From Candidatus Hydrogenedentota bacterium (lineage in GTDB: Bacteria; Hydrogenedentota; Hydrogenedentia; Hydrogenedentales; SLHB01), in contig CAXXTH010000019.1 in assembly GCA_963668025.2 (NCBI GenBank), positions 160,001-224,000 on the forward strand: 64,000 nt of DNA, given 5' to 3'. A program made the translations under genes and the position numbers. Every line of letters starts with the position of its first letter. Position 1 is the first letter of the stretch. This document shows, one piece after another, positions 23,437 through 33,166 of the stretch. The notes under the pieces were generated by a model that ran no database searches, was not told the DNA's origin, and saw only the letters and a list, made by a program, of their open reading frames with translations.

Positions 23437-23473
23437 TTCACCGGTGCTGCGGCGTGCCGTACCATTGGCTGCC
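23437..23473. repeat. 37-bp direct repeat, copy 2
   Basis: Identical to 21544-21580; encodes the last codons and stop of the GT2 gene. Confidence 0.9.
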
Positions 23474-25756
23474 CGCGTGGTCGAGGTGGAGGGTGGGAAG
23501 GCCGCTCAGGCGGCGTTCCTGTCCGAAGCGCGCCCGCATATCGTTGCCGAATTTCCAGTCCGCACCCTCGAAGTGGTTCATCTCCTCGTAGCGCACGGCC
23601 TCGAAGCACTCCTTGCGCACGCATTGGCAAAAGCCGATGGGCACGCCTTCTGCCTCGGCCCGGCGGTATTCTCCTGGCCCTGCGAGCAATTCCTCCCAGC
23701 ACTCCCATGGCTGGATTTCACCTAGAAGAATGCGGGCCGTCGTGTCCGCCGGTAGCATTTTGCGCCCGTCTGGAATGGCGAAGGCCGCTTCAGGCGGCAA
23801 TGCGTCCAAGGCCGCGAAAAACGCGGGAGGGAGAATAATGTCCGCATCGAGCAAAACCACCCAATTCCCGGAGGCCATCCGCGCCGATTCGTTGATGAGG
23901 AAGCCCTTTGCCATGGCGAGGCCGTCCGCGAAAGGCGCGCGCACGATGCGCAAGGCGGGATGGGCCGCTTCGATGCTCTCGATGACATCACCCGTGGCGT
24001 CGATGCCCGGCACATACGCGATGATCACCTCGATGCGTTCCAGCAGTATGCCGCGCTGGTGTGCAATGCCCTGCAAGGCGGCCTGCAAGCGCCGCGCATA
24101 GCGCGTGCTCACGATCAATACGGAGTACTCCGCCTTGGTTTGGGATGCGCTGGCCTCTCCGCCCCGCCAGATGCTCACGCCTTGCGTGCCGATGACGCCG
24201 TCGATGTTCCAGATGGACAGGCGCGGTTCGAGGCGGCCACCGAGGCGGCTGGGCACGCAGTGCTGGCCCGCGAATTCCATGGGCTCCACCGACGCGCCAT
24301 CGCGCAACAGCACATAGCGCCCGTCCGCCTCGACATGGAGAATCATGCGGTGGGACGCGGCGATCATCGGGCACACGAGCCGGGCATGGCGGCCCAGGCT
24401 GAATCCTACATAGTCCGCGAATCCGCCGCCGAAAGTGGCCGCGAGCGTGAAAGGCGGTTCAAGCCGCGCGAGGGGCGTGCTGGTCTTCTCCGTGTTCGTC
24501 CAGGAGAACCAGCGCACGGTGCCCGCCAATTGCCAAGTCCATTGGCCTTCGATGCGATACGCGAAGGAATCGATCTCGATGTCCGGGCGGCGCTGCGCCA
24601 CGAGGGCGTTCGCGCGTGCGGCCAGTTCGACGCCCTTCGGGCCGCGCTCGCGGCGGAGTTGATCCACGGCATCGTAATAACGCCGCCGCTGGGCGGTGTA
24701 ATAATGGGGATCGCACACGTTTTCGCCTTCAATGCGCCGCACCTCGACGCCCGGCAGCCTGCGCCGCAACGCCTCGGGTGCGTGGTCGCAGATGCGCCGG
24801 AGGCTGCACGCGCCGCATTCCGGGCCAAGGGCCTCGGCGGACCCGGCTTCCCGCCGCGTGCGTTCCGCTTCATGCGCTTCCGGCGTTTCAACCAGCGCCC
24901 GGGGGGCATGCGGCAAGAATCGTGAATACCGGGAAACCTTGTGCCATGCCCACACCCGTGCGCGCGCCCACGGATGCTCGGTGAGCCACGGCAGCAGGAT
25001 GGAGTCAATGGGATTCGGATACGACGTGTAGCGCGCGAGAAGCATGAAGAGCACGATCCGCGCCCGCATGGGGCCCATGGCATGCAATTCCTGGGCGAGG
25101 GCGTAGGCGTTGTTTTCGTAGTGCTGGTGGTCGTGGTGGAATTGGGCCATGGGGACGCAGAAGGAGCGGGCCGCTTCCTCGACCCAGCAAAAGGGCATGC
25201 CGGGCAAGTTCGCTTCGATGCCGTGGGCGTCGAAAGCCAGCGCCAGGCGCGCCATGAGGTCAATCGTGGTGCGGGCCGTTCCGGCGTCCAGTGGCGGCGC
25301 TGTATTGCGGGTGAAGGGATCCGAAAAAGCCAGGTTCACGGCCATCACGCCGCCCGCCGCGAGGCGCGCCGCCTCGGCGTTAGGATTTAGGCCGGGCGCG
25401 AAGGGGGGAAAGACTTGGAGCCGCAGAGGCAATTTCGCGGCACGGCAGGCGCGGAACCAGGATTCCAAATGGTCCACATGCAGTCCGCGCACTTCGGCGA
25501 ATACATCGAACAGGCCTGCCGCCGCGAAAGCGCCCAATTCGCGCGGCGGGGCGTGCTCCGTGCGGAGGGAAATCCGTGCGTCGAGTTCACGCGCGGTTTC
25601 CAGGAGCGCGGGCATATGCCGCAGCCCCTCCGGCCCGGCCAGCACGTCGATCTTCTCCGTTTTGAACGCCAGCCTGCAAATGCGCATCCACCGCTGAAGG
25701 TCGGGCGCATGGAAGAGCTTGCCGCTGGCGTTATGCGTGATGACCAAGCCGCGCAC
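23438..25756 (-). CDS. Multidomain protein: radical-SAM-like N-terminus plus C-terminal GT2 glycosyltransferase
   Basis: C-terminal YSVLIVS...WVVLLDADIIL...GADW; N-terminal MPFC and CGACSLRRIC. Confidence 0.75.
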   Translation of the reverse strand: MRGLVITHNASGKLFHAPDLQRWMRICRLAFKTEKIDVLAGPEGLRHMPALLETARELDARISLRTEHAPPRELGAFAAAGLFDVFAEVRGLHVDHLESWFRACRAAKLPLRLQVFPPFAPGLNPNAEAARLAAGGVMAVNLAFSDPFTRNTAPPLDAGTARTTIDLMARLALAFDAHGIEANLPGMPFCWVEEAARSFCVPMAQFHHDHQHYENNAYALAQELHAMGPMRARIVLFMLLARYTSYPNPIDSILLPWLTEHPWARARVWAWHKVSRYSRFLPHAPRALVETPEAHEAERTRREAGSAEALGPECGACSLRRICDHAPEALRRRLPGVEVRRIEGENVCDPHYYTAQRRRYYDAVDQLRRERGPKGVELAARANALVAQRRPDIEIDSFAYRIEGQWTWQLAGTVRWFSWTNTEKTSTPLARLEPPFTLAATFGGGFADYVGFSLGRHARLVCPMIAASHRMILHVEADGRYVLLRDGASVEPMEFAGQHCVPSRLGGRLEPRLSIWNIDGVIGTQGVSIWRGGEASASQTKAEYSVLIVSTRYARRLQAALQGIAHQRGILLERIEVIIAYVPGIDATGDVIESIEAAHPALRIVRAPFADGLAMAKGFLINESARMASGNWVVLLDADIILPPAFFAALDALPPEAAFAIPDGRKMLPADTTARILLGEIQPWECWEELLAGPGEYRRAEAEGVPIGFCQCVRKECFEAVRYEEMNHFEGADWKFGNDMRARFGQERRLSGLPTLHLDHAGSQWYGTPQHR

Positions 25757-25801
25757 GGGGCGTCAACGGCGTTATGGTTTCATCGGGCGGCATACAGGCA
25801 G

Positions 25802-26845
25802 CTAATCCCCCAACAGCTCATTAATCACCTCGACCGGCAGGGCGGGGTGTTCGCGGTAGCGTTTTCCGCGCAAGGCTGCCCGGTATTCGGCCAGCCAGGC
25901 GCGCGCCTCGGCCTTGCCGCGTGCGCGTCCCAGCGCCTCCAAGATCAAGCGCGGGTCTTCCGGAGCAAGGCTGAGCGAGCGGCCGCCCCACACCCACTCC
26001 GTGGAGATGAAAATGTGCAGCAATCGCGCCGGGGATACATTGCGAAGCAGGCGGCGGCACGCAATGAGCTTGATGCGGGGGCTGGCGGTCTGGCTGGGTT
26101 TCGTCACGACGAAGTCGCCCGAGGCCACCTGCGGCATCTCCATGCATTCGCGCCGTTCCGGGTCATACGATTTCGCGATCACCTCGAGCATGCGGCCCTT
26201 GAGCAGGTCGGTCTGGGCTTTCGAGAATGACTGCGGCTGGCGCACATTCACGAAGAATTGCAGATTGCGGTCCACGCCCAATTCATGGTATGTCCCCAGC
26301 CATTGCGTCATATAGGCGTATACCGTGCGGTCCTTCTCTTTGCGATGGTAGCGGTCCGGCAGGAATACCGTGCCGCCGAGGAAAGGCCGCACGATGAAAT
26401 CCTGGTCGCGGCGGTACAAGATGCGCAGGTTCAAATGCTCGGCTTCCGCGAGGGTGCTGATGCTGCCCTCTTTCTTGGCCGCCACTAATCCGAAGACGCC
26501 CATTTTCCGCTTCACGTTCGTGGCTCGCACGCGAAAGATGAGTTGATATTGCCCTTCCTGGAACAGCTCGAACACGATATTCGTCAACGGCGCTGGCCCG
26601 AGCATTTGCTGGATGCTGGGCACGATGAACCGGTCGTTGCCCAAGACCATGCCCTCGATGGAGCTGCTGAGCGTCTCGACTTGGTAATGGCGCGGGATCT
26701 CCTTGCCCCAAAAATCATACATGGTGCGCAATCCAAGCCAGCGCACGCGGAGCGGGCCTTTGCGCACCACGTTCGTGCGCACCGGGCGTTTCTTCACGGG
26801 CTTGGCGGGTGTAGCGGTCTTCGTCGTTTTCAATGGCTGCCGCAT
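25802..26845 (-). CDS. Hypothetical protein, possibly protein-kinase-like fold
   Basis: 347-aa ORF with host-like codon usage; EGQY, VAAK, AEH and SGDFVV elements. Confidence 0.65.
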   Translation of the reverse strand: MRQPLKTTKTATPAKPVKKRPVRTNVVRKGPLRVRWLGLRTMYDFWGKEIPRHYQVETLSSSIEGMVLGNDRFIVPSIQQMLGPAPLTNIVFELFQEGQYQLIFRVRATNVKRKMGVFGLVAAKKEGSISTLAEAEHLNLRILYRRDQDFIVRPFLGGTVFLPDRYHRKEKDRTVYAYMTQWLGTYHELGVDRNLQFFVNVRQPQSFSKAQTDLLKGRMLEVIAKSYDPERRECMEMPQVASGDFVVTKPSQTASPRIKLIACRRLLRNVSPARLLHIFISTEWVWGGRSLSLAPEDPRLILEALGRARGKAEARAWLAEYRAALRGKRYREHPALPVEVINELLGD

Positions 26846-26943
26846 TCAATTCATCCCCTGGGTTGTACCGAACTGGCGTTATTATGACATCTTGCAATGG
26901 CTTGCGGGAAGCCCGAAGCGTGAGGCGCGCCCGGTATGCCGGC

Positions 26944-27864
26944 TCACCAAGGCAGCCATGCCGCCATTTGCGGCCCGTAATGAATAATCACGGTGCATGC
27001 GGCGCCCCATAAGGCGAGATTGAGTAGAAACGGGCGGTCACGCAAGATCAATTCCGCCGGGTTCCCTCCGTCATTCCGGTGATAACTCAAATACAAATAC
27101 CGGAAAACGCCATACAACACGAAGGGCACGGTGGCGATAAGGCCCCGCGTGTGGAACACTTCCGCCGTGCGCGCATCCACGGTATAAAGGATGTAACACA
27201 GCAGCGTCGCCCCCGTCGAAATGGACACCATCTGGTCCAGAAAATCGTGGCTGTAGTGTTCCAGCACCTCCCGGTGCGAATGGGCGCGCCCCTCGAGATC
27301 GATGAGTTCCGCGCGGCGCTTCGTGAAGCCCAAGAAAAGCGACACCGTGAGCGTGCAGAGCAGCAGCCAATGGGAGGGCGAAACTGCCGCCGCTGCCGCG
27401 CCGATGAGCACCCGCAAGATGAAGCCCACTGCTAAAAACATGACATCCAAAATCACGAGATGTTTTAAGTATAAGGAATACAACAAGTTGCTCAATATAT
27501 ACGCAATAAGCACCATCGTGGCAAACAGAGGGAGCATGAGCAGGGACAGCGCCAGCGCCGCCGCGGCTAATCCCAGCGCCATCCCAATGGCCGCGGATAT
27601 CGTAAGGCGGCCAGACGCCAGCGGGCGCATGCGCTTGACGGGATGCAGCCGGTCGCGGCGCAGGTCGATGAGGTCATTCATGGCGTATACGGCGCTCGAC
27701 GCCAGGCAAAATGCCGCGAAAGCGGCGAATACGGCCAATGCTTTATCAGGGACGGCAATCTGGCGCGCGAATAACGGCGCAGCGAACACGAAGCCATTCT
27801 TGATCCACTGCCGGATCCGCATGGCCTCAATAATCGTTTGAACATGAGTGCTTAGCAACACCAT
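26944..27864 (-). CDS. UbiA-family prenyltransferase (decaprenyl-phosphate phosphoribosyltransferase-like)
   Basis: RQWIKN, YAMNDLIDLRRDRLHPVKRMRPLASG and KRRAEL motifs; multiple TM segments. Confidence 0.9.
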   Translation of the reverse strand: MVLLSTHVQTIIEAMRIRQWIKNGFVFAAPLFARQIAVPDKALAVFAAFAAFCLASSAVYAMNDLIDLRRDRLHPVKRMRPLASGRLTISAAIGMALGLAAAALALSLLMLPLFATMVLIAYILSNLLYSLYLKHLVILDVMFLAVGFILRVLIGAAAAAVSPSHWLLLCTLTVSLFLGFTKRRAELIDLEGRAHSHREVLEHYSHDFLDQMVSISTGATLLCYILYTVDARTAEVFHTRGLIATVPFVLYGVFRYLYLSYHRNDGGNPAELILRDRPFLLNLALWGAACTVIIHYGPQMAAWLPW

Positions 27865-27973
27865 CGCCTTATATCCCTTTTGTACGGCTGTTTCGTGCGC
27901 GATCAACGGAGAAAGAATATCATATAGGCCTCGCGGCGCGCCTCATCCGCCTCGCATGTAGATAATCACATGT

Positions 27974-28122
27974 AACGCGGAGGTGCAGAGAACGCGGAGG
28001 TCCGCAAAGAAGAAAAGACCTATTCCTACAATTTCTGCGTGCATTCGAAAATGAACAGCATCAGTAGAAATAGAGCAGAATAGATTCTCTGCAAGACCCT
28101 GCATTCTTAGCGCCTCTGCATT
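27974..28122. repeat. Palindromic intergenic repeat (AACGCGGAGGTGCAGAG family)
   Basis: Inverted arms; similar to 41773-41855. Confidence 0.6.
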
Positions 28123-28340
28123 GAAATGACTCAACTCACCAGCAGGTGAGCCAGTGTTTCTCATGTCACACAGCAACCTTGCCTGCTTTTGTGAGCTAAT
28201 GCGCCTGCTTACCAGAAAATGATTGTTCTTGCCCGCTGATTAGCCCATGGTTGTGCATGGAATATGAATCTAAGTACAATCGCACCAATGAGGCTTCTAT
28301 CGTCGAGTAAAGATGGGCTTGCATACAGAGGAATCCTTTT

Positions 28341-29951
28341 ATGATGGCCAACAAAATACCGTGCATCTGGTTTCCTGCCGCATTAATCGTGCTGTATACC
28401 TCCATTGCTTGCGCCACGCCATTGGACGATTACGTGGCCGCGCCGGATTCGAGCTATGCCTATTCTCTCAACAGCGTCATATCTGGAACCGGCTACACGG
28501 GCTATGTCTATCACATGGCTTCGCAACGGTGGCGTGATACCCCGTCCGAGATTGACCGTAATCTGTGGGAGCATTGGCTGGTGATGGCCGTACCTGCGGT
28601 CGTCAGCCATCCCACAACCGCCTTGCTATTTATAGATGGCGGTTCTAATAGTGGAAATGCGCCGTCGGCAATAGAGGCCATGCTGGCGCAAATCGCTACA
28701 GCAACGCAGTCGATTGTCGTGGACCTGCGGATGATTCCCAACCAGCCGTTGGTCTTCCCGGATGAAACGGATCCCCGATATGTTACGGCTGGCCGTAAAG
28801 AAGATGAGATTACGGCATATGCGTGGGACAAGTTTCTGCACACGGGCGACGCAACGTGGGTTCCCCGCCTGCCGATGACCAAAGCGGTCGTACGTGCAAT
28901 GGACGCCATCCAGGCCGAACATCCAGGCATTACGAGCTTTGTCGTCGCGGGAGGCTCCAAGCGCGGTTGGACGGCTTGGACGACGGCCGCCGTCGATCCT
29001 CGAGTAATGGCCATCGTTCCGATGTCCATCGACATACTCAACATCAAAGCCTCGATGCAGCACCACTGGGACGCATATGGATTCTGGTCCAGCGCGCTCA
29101 GCGATTATGTGGACATGGGCGTCCTGGATTGGCTGAACACGCCCCAATTCGATGCGTTGATGGCCATCGAGGATCCGTATTCGTATCGAGACCGAATGAC
29201 CATGCCCAAGTATATCATGAACGCCACCGGCGACCAGTTCTTCCTGCCCGATTCCTCCCAGTTTTATTTCGAGGAGCTGCCGGGCGAAAAATACTTGAGG
29301 TATACCCCCAATACCGATCATGGGCAGAATGCGGAAGCCGTTCTGAATTTTCTGGCGTATTACACGGCGTTGTTGAATGGCGTGGCGCGTCCCGAATTCA
29401 CGTGGACAAAGGAAGCGGACGGCTCGCTACGCGTGCAAACCACCACATCGCCCAGCGAGGTCAACTTGTGGCAAGCCACCAATCCCCATGCACGCGATTT
29501 CCGAGTCGAAACCATCGGCGAAGCGTGGACCCGTTCATCCCTCACTGATCAGGGAGGCGGGCTTTATATCGGGCAGGTTCCTGAGCCTAGCGAGGGCTGG
29601 ACAGCGTTCATGGTGGAACTGGTGTATCCCAGCGGCAGTATTTACCCGTTGAAGTTCACGACGGAGGTCAGCGTCGTTCCCGATATTCTGCCATATAAAG
29701 ATTCCGATGGCGATGAAATACTCGATGGCGAAGAGGGAACAGCCGACCCCGATGGCGACGGGACGCCTAATTACCTGGACCTCGATTCCGATGATGACGG
29801 CCTGAGCGACCATTCGGAACGGTTCACCTGGAACACCGATCCATACGATCCGCTGCATCCCAATGCTTTTACGCTCCACGCTTGGCCCCTCCTGCTACTA
29901 TTGCTTCTGGCAGCCTGGAAGATGCAGCGAAGGCAGATTTCTTTGCAATAA
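28341..29951 (+). CDS. PqaA-like (PhoPQ-activated pathogenicity-related) alpha/beta hydrolase with acidic DxDGD repeats and a C-terminal TM anchor
   Basis: GGSKRGWT nucleophile loop, GDQFFLPD and PNTDH motifs; DSDGD/DPDGDG repeats. Confidence 0.85.
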   Translation: MMANKIPCIWFPAALIVLYTSIACATPLDDYVAAPDSSYAYSLNSVISGTGYTGYVYHMASQRWRDTPSEIDRNLWEHWLVMAVPAVVSHPTTALLFIDGGSNSGNAPSAIEAMLAQIATATQSIVVDLRMIPNQPLVFPDETDPRYVTAGRKEDEITAYAWDKFLHTGDATWVPRLPMTKAVVRAMDAIQAEHPGITSFVVAGGSKRGWTAWTTAAVDPRVMAIVPMSIDILNIKASMQHHWDAYGFWSSALSDYVDMGVLDWLNTPQFDALMAIEDPYSYRDRMTMPKYIMNATGDQFFLPDSSQFYFEELPGEKYLRYTPNTDHGQNAEAVLNFLAYYTALLNGVARPEFTWTKEADGSLRVQTTTSPSEVNLWQATNPHARDFRVETIGEAWTRSSLTDQGGGLYIGQVPEPSEGWTAFMVELVYPSGSIYPLKFTTEVSVVPDILPYKDSDGDEILDGEEGTADPDGDGTPNYLDLDSDDDGLSDHSERFTWNTDPYDPLHPNAFTLHAWPLLLLLLLAAWKMQRRQISLQ

Positions 29952-30135
29952 CATAGCCGTATGGTGGGGCTGGCCCCACCGTTCGAAGCTGAAAGCGTTA
30001 CCGGTAGGGCAAGCCCCACACTACTTTTCTTGGCGCGGTTTGTTGAGCAGGAGTTTGAGGCTGCACAGCAGCATCTCCCGCCCCTTCGACGAACCATAAT
30101 GTGTAGGATAGCCGTGAAGGCTATCAATCATCTAG

Positions 30136-32152
30136 CCCATTTTCCGCAGTAAGGCCGTCTTTTTTCTGGTTTTGAGCGTCTTTTCGGCTGTAAGTCCTTT
30201 GTTGGTCTTGCGTGCTGGTAGGATTTCCGTGTAGTGGCGAAAACCCCCTTGTTACGCGGGCCAGCGCGTGAGATCATGAGTGCCAGTTGGGAGGCTCTGG
30301 CATCGTGTTTCTCAAGCCGAATCGGAAGACCTTCGATGGCGTGACCTACGAGTATTGGTCGCTCGTGGAGTCGGTGCGCACGGCGAATGGGCCGCGCCAG
30401 CGGACGGTGGCCACCATCGGGAAGCTGCCGGGCCTGGATGAGGAAGCGCGGGTGGGCTGGGAGCACATCGGGGAGATCCTCGATGGCCGGGTGCATCAGC
30501 GGGACTTGCTCGAAGTCGAGCCGGAACCGCCGGCGTGGGCGACGGTGGACACGTCTCGGGTGCGGGTGGAACGGTTACACCGTTTCGGCGAGGTCTACTT
30601 GGGGCTGGCGTTGTGGCGGCGGCTTAAGCTGGATACGTTTTTCGACGAAGCCATGGCGCCAGGCCGCGAGGAGATCCCGTGGGGCGTAATGGCTTGTATC
30701 CTCACGTTGGCGCGGTTCTGCGCGCCGTCGTCGGAGTTGCACATCGCCGAGTCGTGGTATGGCAAGACGGCCTTGGAGGATATCCTCGACGTGGCGCCGG
30801 AGAAGGTGAATGAGGACCGTCTGTACCGGGCTCTCGACGCGCTGCTGCCCCACAAGGACGCGCTCTTCGGTCACTTCCAGAAGGTCTATGGCGAGCTGTT
30901 TGGCGCCACCTTCGACATCCTGCTCTACGACATCACGTCGACGTACTTCGAGGGGCAGGCGGGGGACAACCCTCAAGCGAAACGAGGCTACTCCCGGGAC
31001 AAGCGGCCCGATTGCGTGCAGGTCTGCATTGCGCTGGTGGCCACGCCGGAGGGACTTCCCCTGGCCTACGAGGTCTTCGACGGCAACCGCAGGGACGTGA
31101 CCACGGTGGAGGAGATGGTGGAGGCCATGCGCACGAAGTACGGCCACGAGCGCCGCACGTGGGTCATGGACCGCGGCATGGTGAGCGAGGACAACCTCGA
31201 GATGCTGCGCGAGGCCAAGGCGAGCTATCTCGTGGGCACGCCCAAAAGCATGCTCAAACAGTTCGAGCGTGACCTCTTGGAACAGGGTTGGGAGCAAGTG
31301 GAGCCCGAGGTGGAGGTGAAACTCCGCCCCTCGCCCGAGGACGAAGACGAGACCTTCGTGCTCTGTCGCTCGCGCGGCCGCATCGAAAAAGAACGGGCCA
31401 TACGCGAGAAACAGCGCGTGAAGCTCGAGGCTGAACTCAACCGGCTCAAAGCGCGCATCGACGCCGGCACACGCGCCCTGCGCGACCGCGGCGCCGCTGA
31501 ACGCCACGTGGGCCGGTGCTTCCAGAAGTACTCCCGCGCCGCCCGCTTCTTCCAAGTGGCCATCCGCGAACAAGACGACCCCAAACACAAAAGCGGCAAG
31601 CGCCTCGCCATCGCCATCACCCAAGACCCCGCCCATCGCGAATGGGCCGAACTTACCGACGGCTGCTACCTGCTGCGCACCAACCTCCAGAACCACGACC
31701 CAAAGCAACTCTGGAAAGCCTACATCGGCCTCACGCAGATCGAGGACAGCTTTCGCATCAGCAAGCACGACCTCGGCCTCAGGCCCATCTTCCATCACAG
31801 AGAACGCCGGACCCAAGCACACATCCTCGTGTGCTTCCTTGCCCTCGTGATGTGGCGGACTCTCCAGCAATGGATGGACGGCGCCGGCCTCGGCGCCGCG
31901 CCCCGAAAACTCCTCGAAGAGATGGCCGAAGTCCGTTCCTTGGACGTGGTCTTGCCTACCGGCCAAGGCACAGAGTTACGCCTGCGCACCGTCAGCAAGC
32001 CCGAGCAGCGCCTCGCGCTCCTACTCCAGAAACTCGACCTTCCCCTGCCCAATAAACCAAAGTCGATCCCAAATGTAGTGGCGAAAACCCGCCGAAATCT
32101 CCAATTTTCCTAGAAAACGCCAACCTCCTTTGCCTCAACTGCGGAAAATGGG
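30136..32152 (+). mobile_element. IS1634-family insertion sequence
   Basis: TIRs CCCATTTTCCGCAGT; CTAG duplicated at 30132-30135 and 32153-32156. Confidence 0.9.
30287..32113 (+). CDS. IS1634-family transposase (probable start GTG ~30305)
   Basis: LYDITSTYFEG, GYSRDKRPD, VMDRGM and IEDSFRISKHDLGLRPIFH motifs. Confidence 0.93.
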   Translation: MGGSGIVFLKPNRKTFDGVTYEYWSLVESVRTANGPRQRTVATIGKLPGLDEEARVGWEHIGEILDGRVHQRDLLEVEPEPPAWATVDTSRVRVERLHRFGEVYLGLALWRRLKLDTFFDEAMAPGREEIPWGVMACILTLARFCAPSSELHIAESWYGKTALEDILDVAPEKVNEDRLYRALDALLPHKDALFGHFQKVYGELFGATFDILLYDITSTYFEGQAGDNPQAKRGYSRDKRPDCVQVCIALVATPEGLPLAYEVFDGNRRDVTTVEEMVEAMRTKYGHERRTWVMDRGMVSEDNLEMLREAKASYLVGTPKSMLKQFERDLLEQGWEQVEPEVEVKLRPSPEDEDETFVLCRSRGRIEKERAIREKQRVKLEAELNRLKARIDAGTRALRDRGAAERHVGRCFQKYSRAARFFQVAIREQDDPKHKSGKRLAIAITQDPAHREWAELTDGCYLLRTNLQNHDPKQLWKAYIGLTQIEDSFRISKHDLGLRPIFHHRERRTQAHILVCFLALVMWRTLQQWMDGAGLGAAPRKLLEEMAEVRSLDVVLPTGQGTELRLRTVSKPEQRLALLLQKLDLPLPNKPKSIPNVVAKTRRNLQFS

Positions 32153-32215
32153 CTAGGTGACGAGGTAATGAAGATGTTTAGGGTGAGGTGAAGTAGATCC
32201 TGAAGGGGCAAAACT

Positions 32216-33166
32216 ATGTATAGTAGGTTACTTCATTCATCTGACCTTCCAGAATGTCTTTGGCAACCCGAGCAGGACTGCCTACATATTCCAGAAGTGA
32301 TTTCGAAAATCTACGAACAAATGCTGGAGGAGAAGGAATTACTAGAACTTGCTCGTAACGACACTTCAACGGATGGACCTGTTGGTGGTGTAACAGAAGA
32401 CGCTACAAACAAACACTTCGCAACTAGATTCTCGGCATCCGTCGCTAGAACGCAATTGACTATTCTTGATCCGAAAGAAGACTTGCGGAATGTCTCAGAT
32501 TTGTTCATCCAAGCTTTTTCTGGTGGTACTATAAGCTTATTAGACATCCCATGTGGAGCAGGTGCGGCTTCAGCTTGTTTGTTAGGGACGATTGCAGCAC
32601 TACGAGAAGCGCATGTTGTCCCGCGCCAGCCACTAATAGTCAAGTTGCTCTGCGGCGATCTCTCCTGGTATGCACGAGACTACGCTGAAAACTTGATAGC
32701 AGGCATGCAGAATACTCTTAGGTGCCAAGCGATATTCGTTGAGGCACGCTTTACTCCGTGGAATGTGCTCGATCCCTTCAGCACAAGCGGTCTGCTCTAT
32801 GATTGGATGGAATTCGCACGTGGATGCAGAGAGTATTTCATCGTAACTGCAAATTTTTCTGGATTCCTCCAGAAAGAGAATAAGCTTAATGAGGCTAAAC
32901 CTCAGCTGTCAGAGGTTTTTCGATGGGCTGAGAAACGCCGGTCTACTGTGATGTGGCTTGAACCCAAAACAAACGAAGCCGTAGAAGGACTATGGCCCCG
33001 TGTTTTCAAATTGTTTAAAGGTATTCTTCCACCCCTTTTTAGATCAGACCGAAAAGACGACAAATGCCTTCTGTCTTCAGAATGTCGATACAGGCACCCA
33101 ATAATTAGTAATTGTACTCCCAGGGTAAATCTGACCCTAACACGTCTAGAAGTAAATGAAAAATGA
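32216..33166 (+). CDS. Class I SAM-dependent methyltransferase-like protein, partner of the RT
   Basis: Motif I LLDIPCGAGAAS, acidic motif II LCGDLS, ANFSG and WLEPKT; stop overlaps the RT start (ATGA). Confidence 0.7.
   Translation: MYSRLLHSSDLPECLWQPEQDCLHIPEVISKIYEQMLEEKELLELARNDTSTDGPVGGVTEDATNKHFATRFSASVARTQLTILDPKEDLRNVSDLFIQAFSGGTISLLDIPCGAGAASACLLGTIAALREAHVVPRQPLIVKLLCGDLSWYARDYAENLIAGMQNTLRCQAIFVEARFTPWNVLDPFSTSGLLYDWMEFARGCREYFIVTANFSGFLQKENKLNEAKPQLSEVFRWAEKRRSTVMWLEPKTNEAVEGLWPRVFKLFKGILPPLFRSDRKDDKCLLSSECRYRHPIISNCTPRVNLTLTRLEVNEK

Noticed and set aside
32216-33166. Restriction-modification DNA methyltransferase
   Set aside because: No DPPY/NPPY motif, the PC lies within the SAM-binding loop rather than motif IV, and there is no nuclease partner
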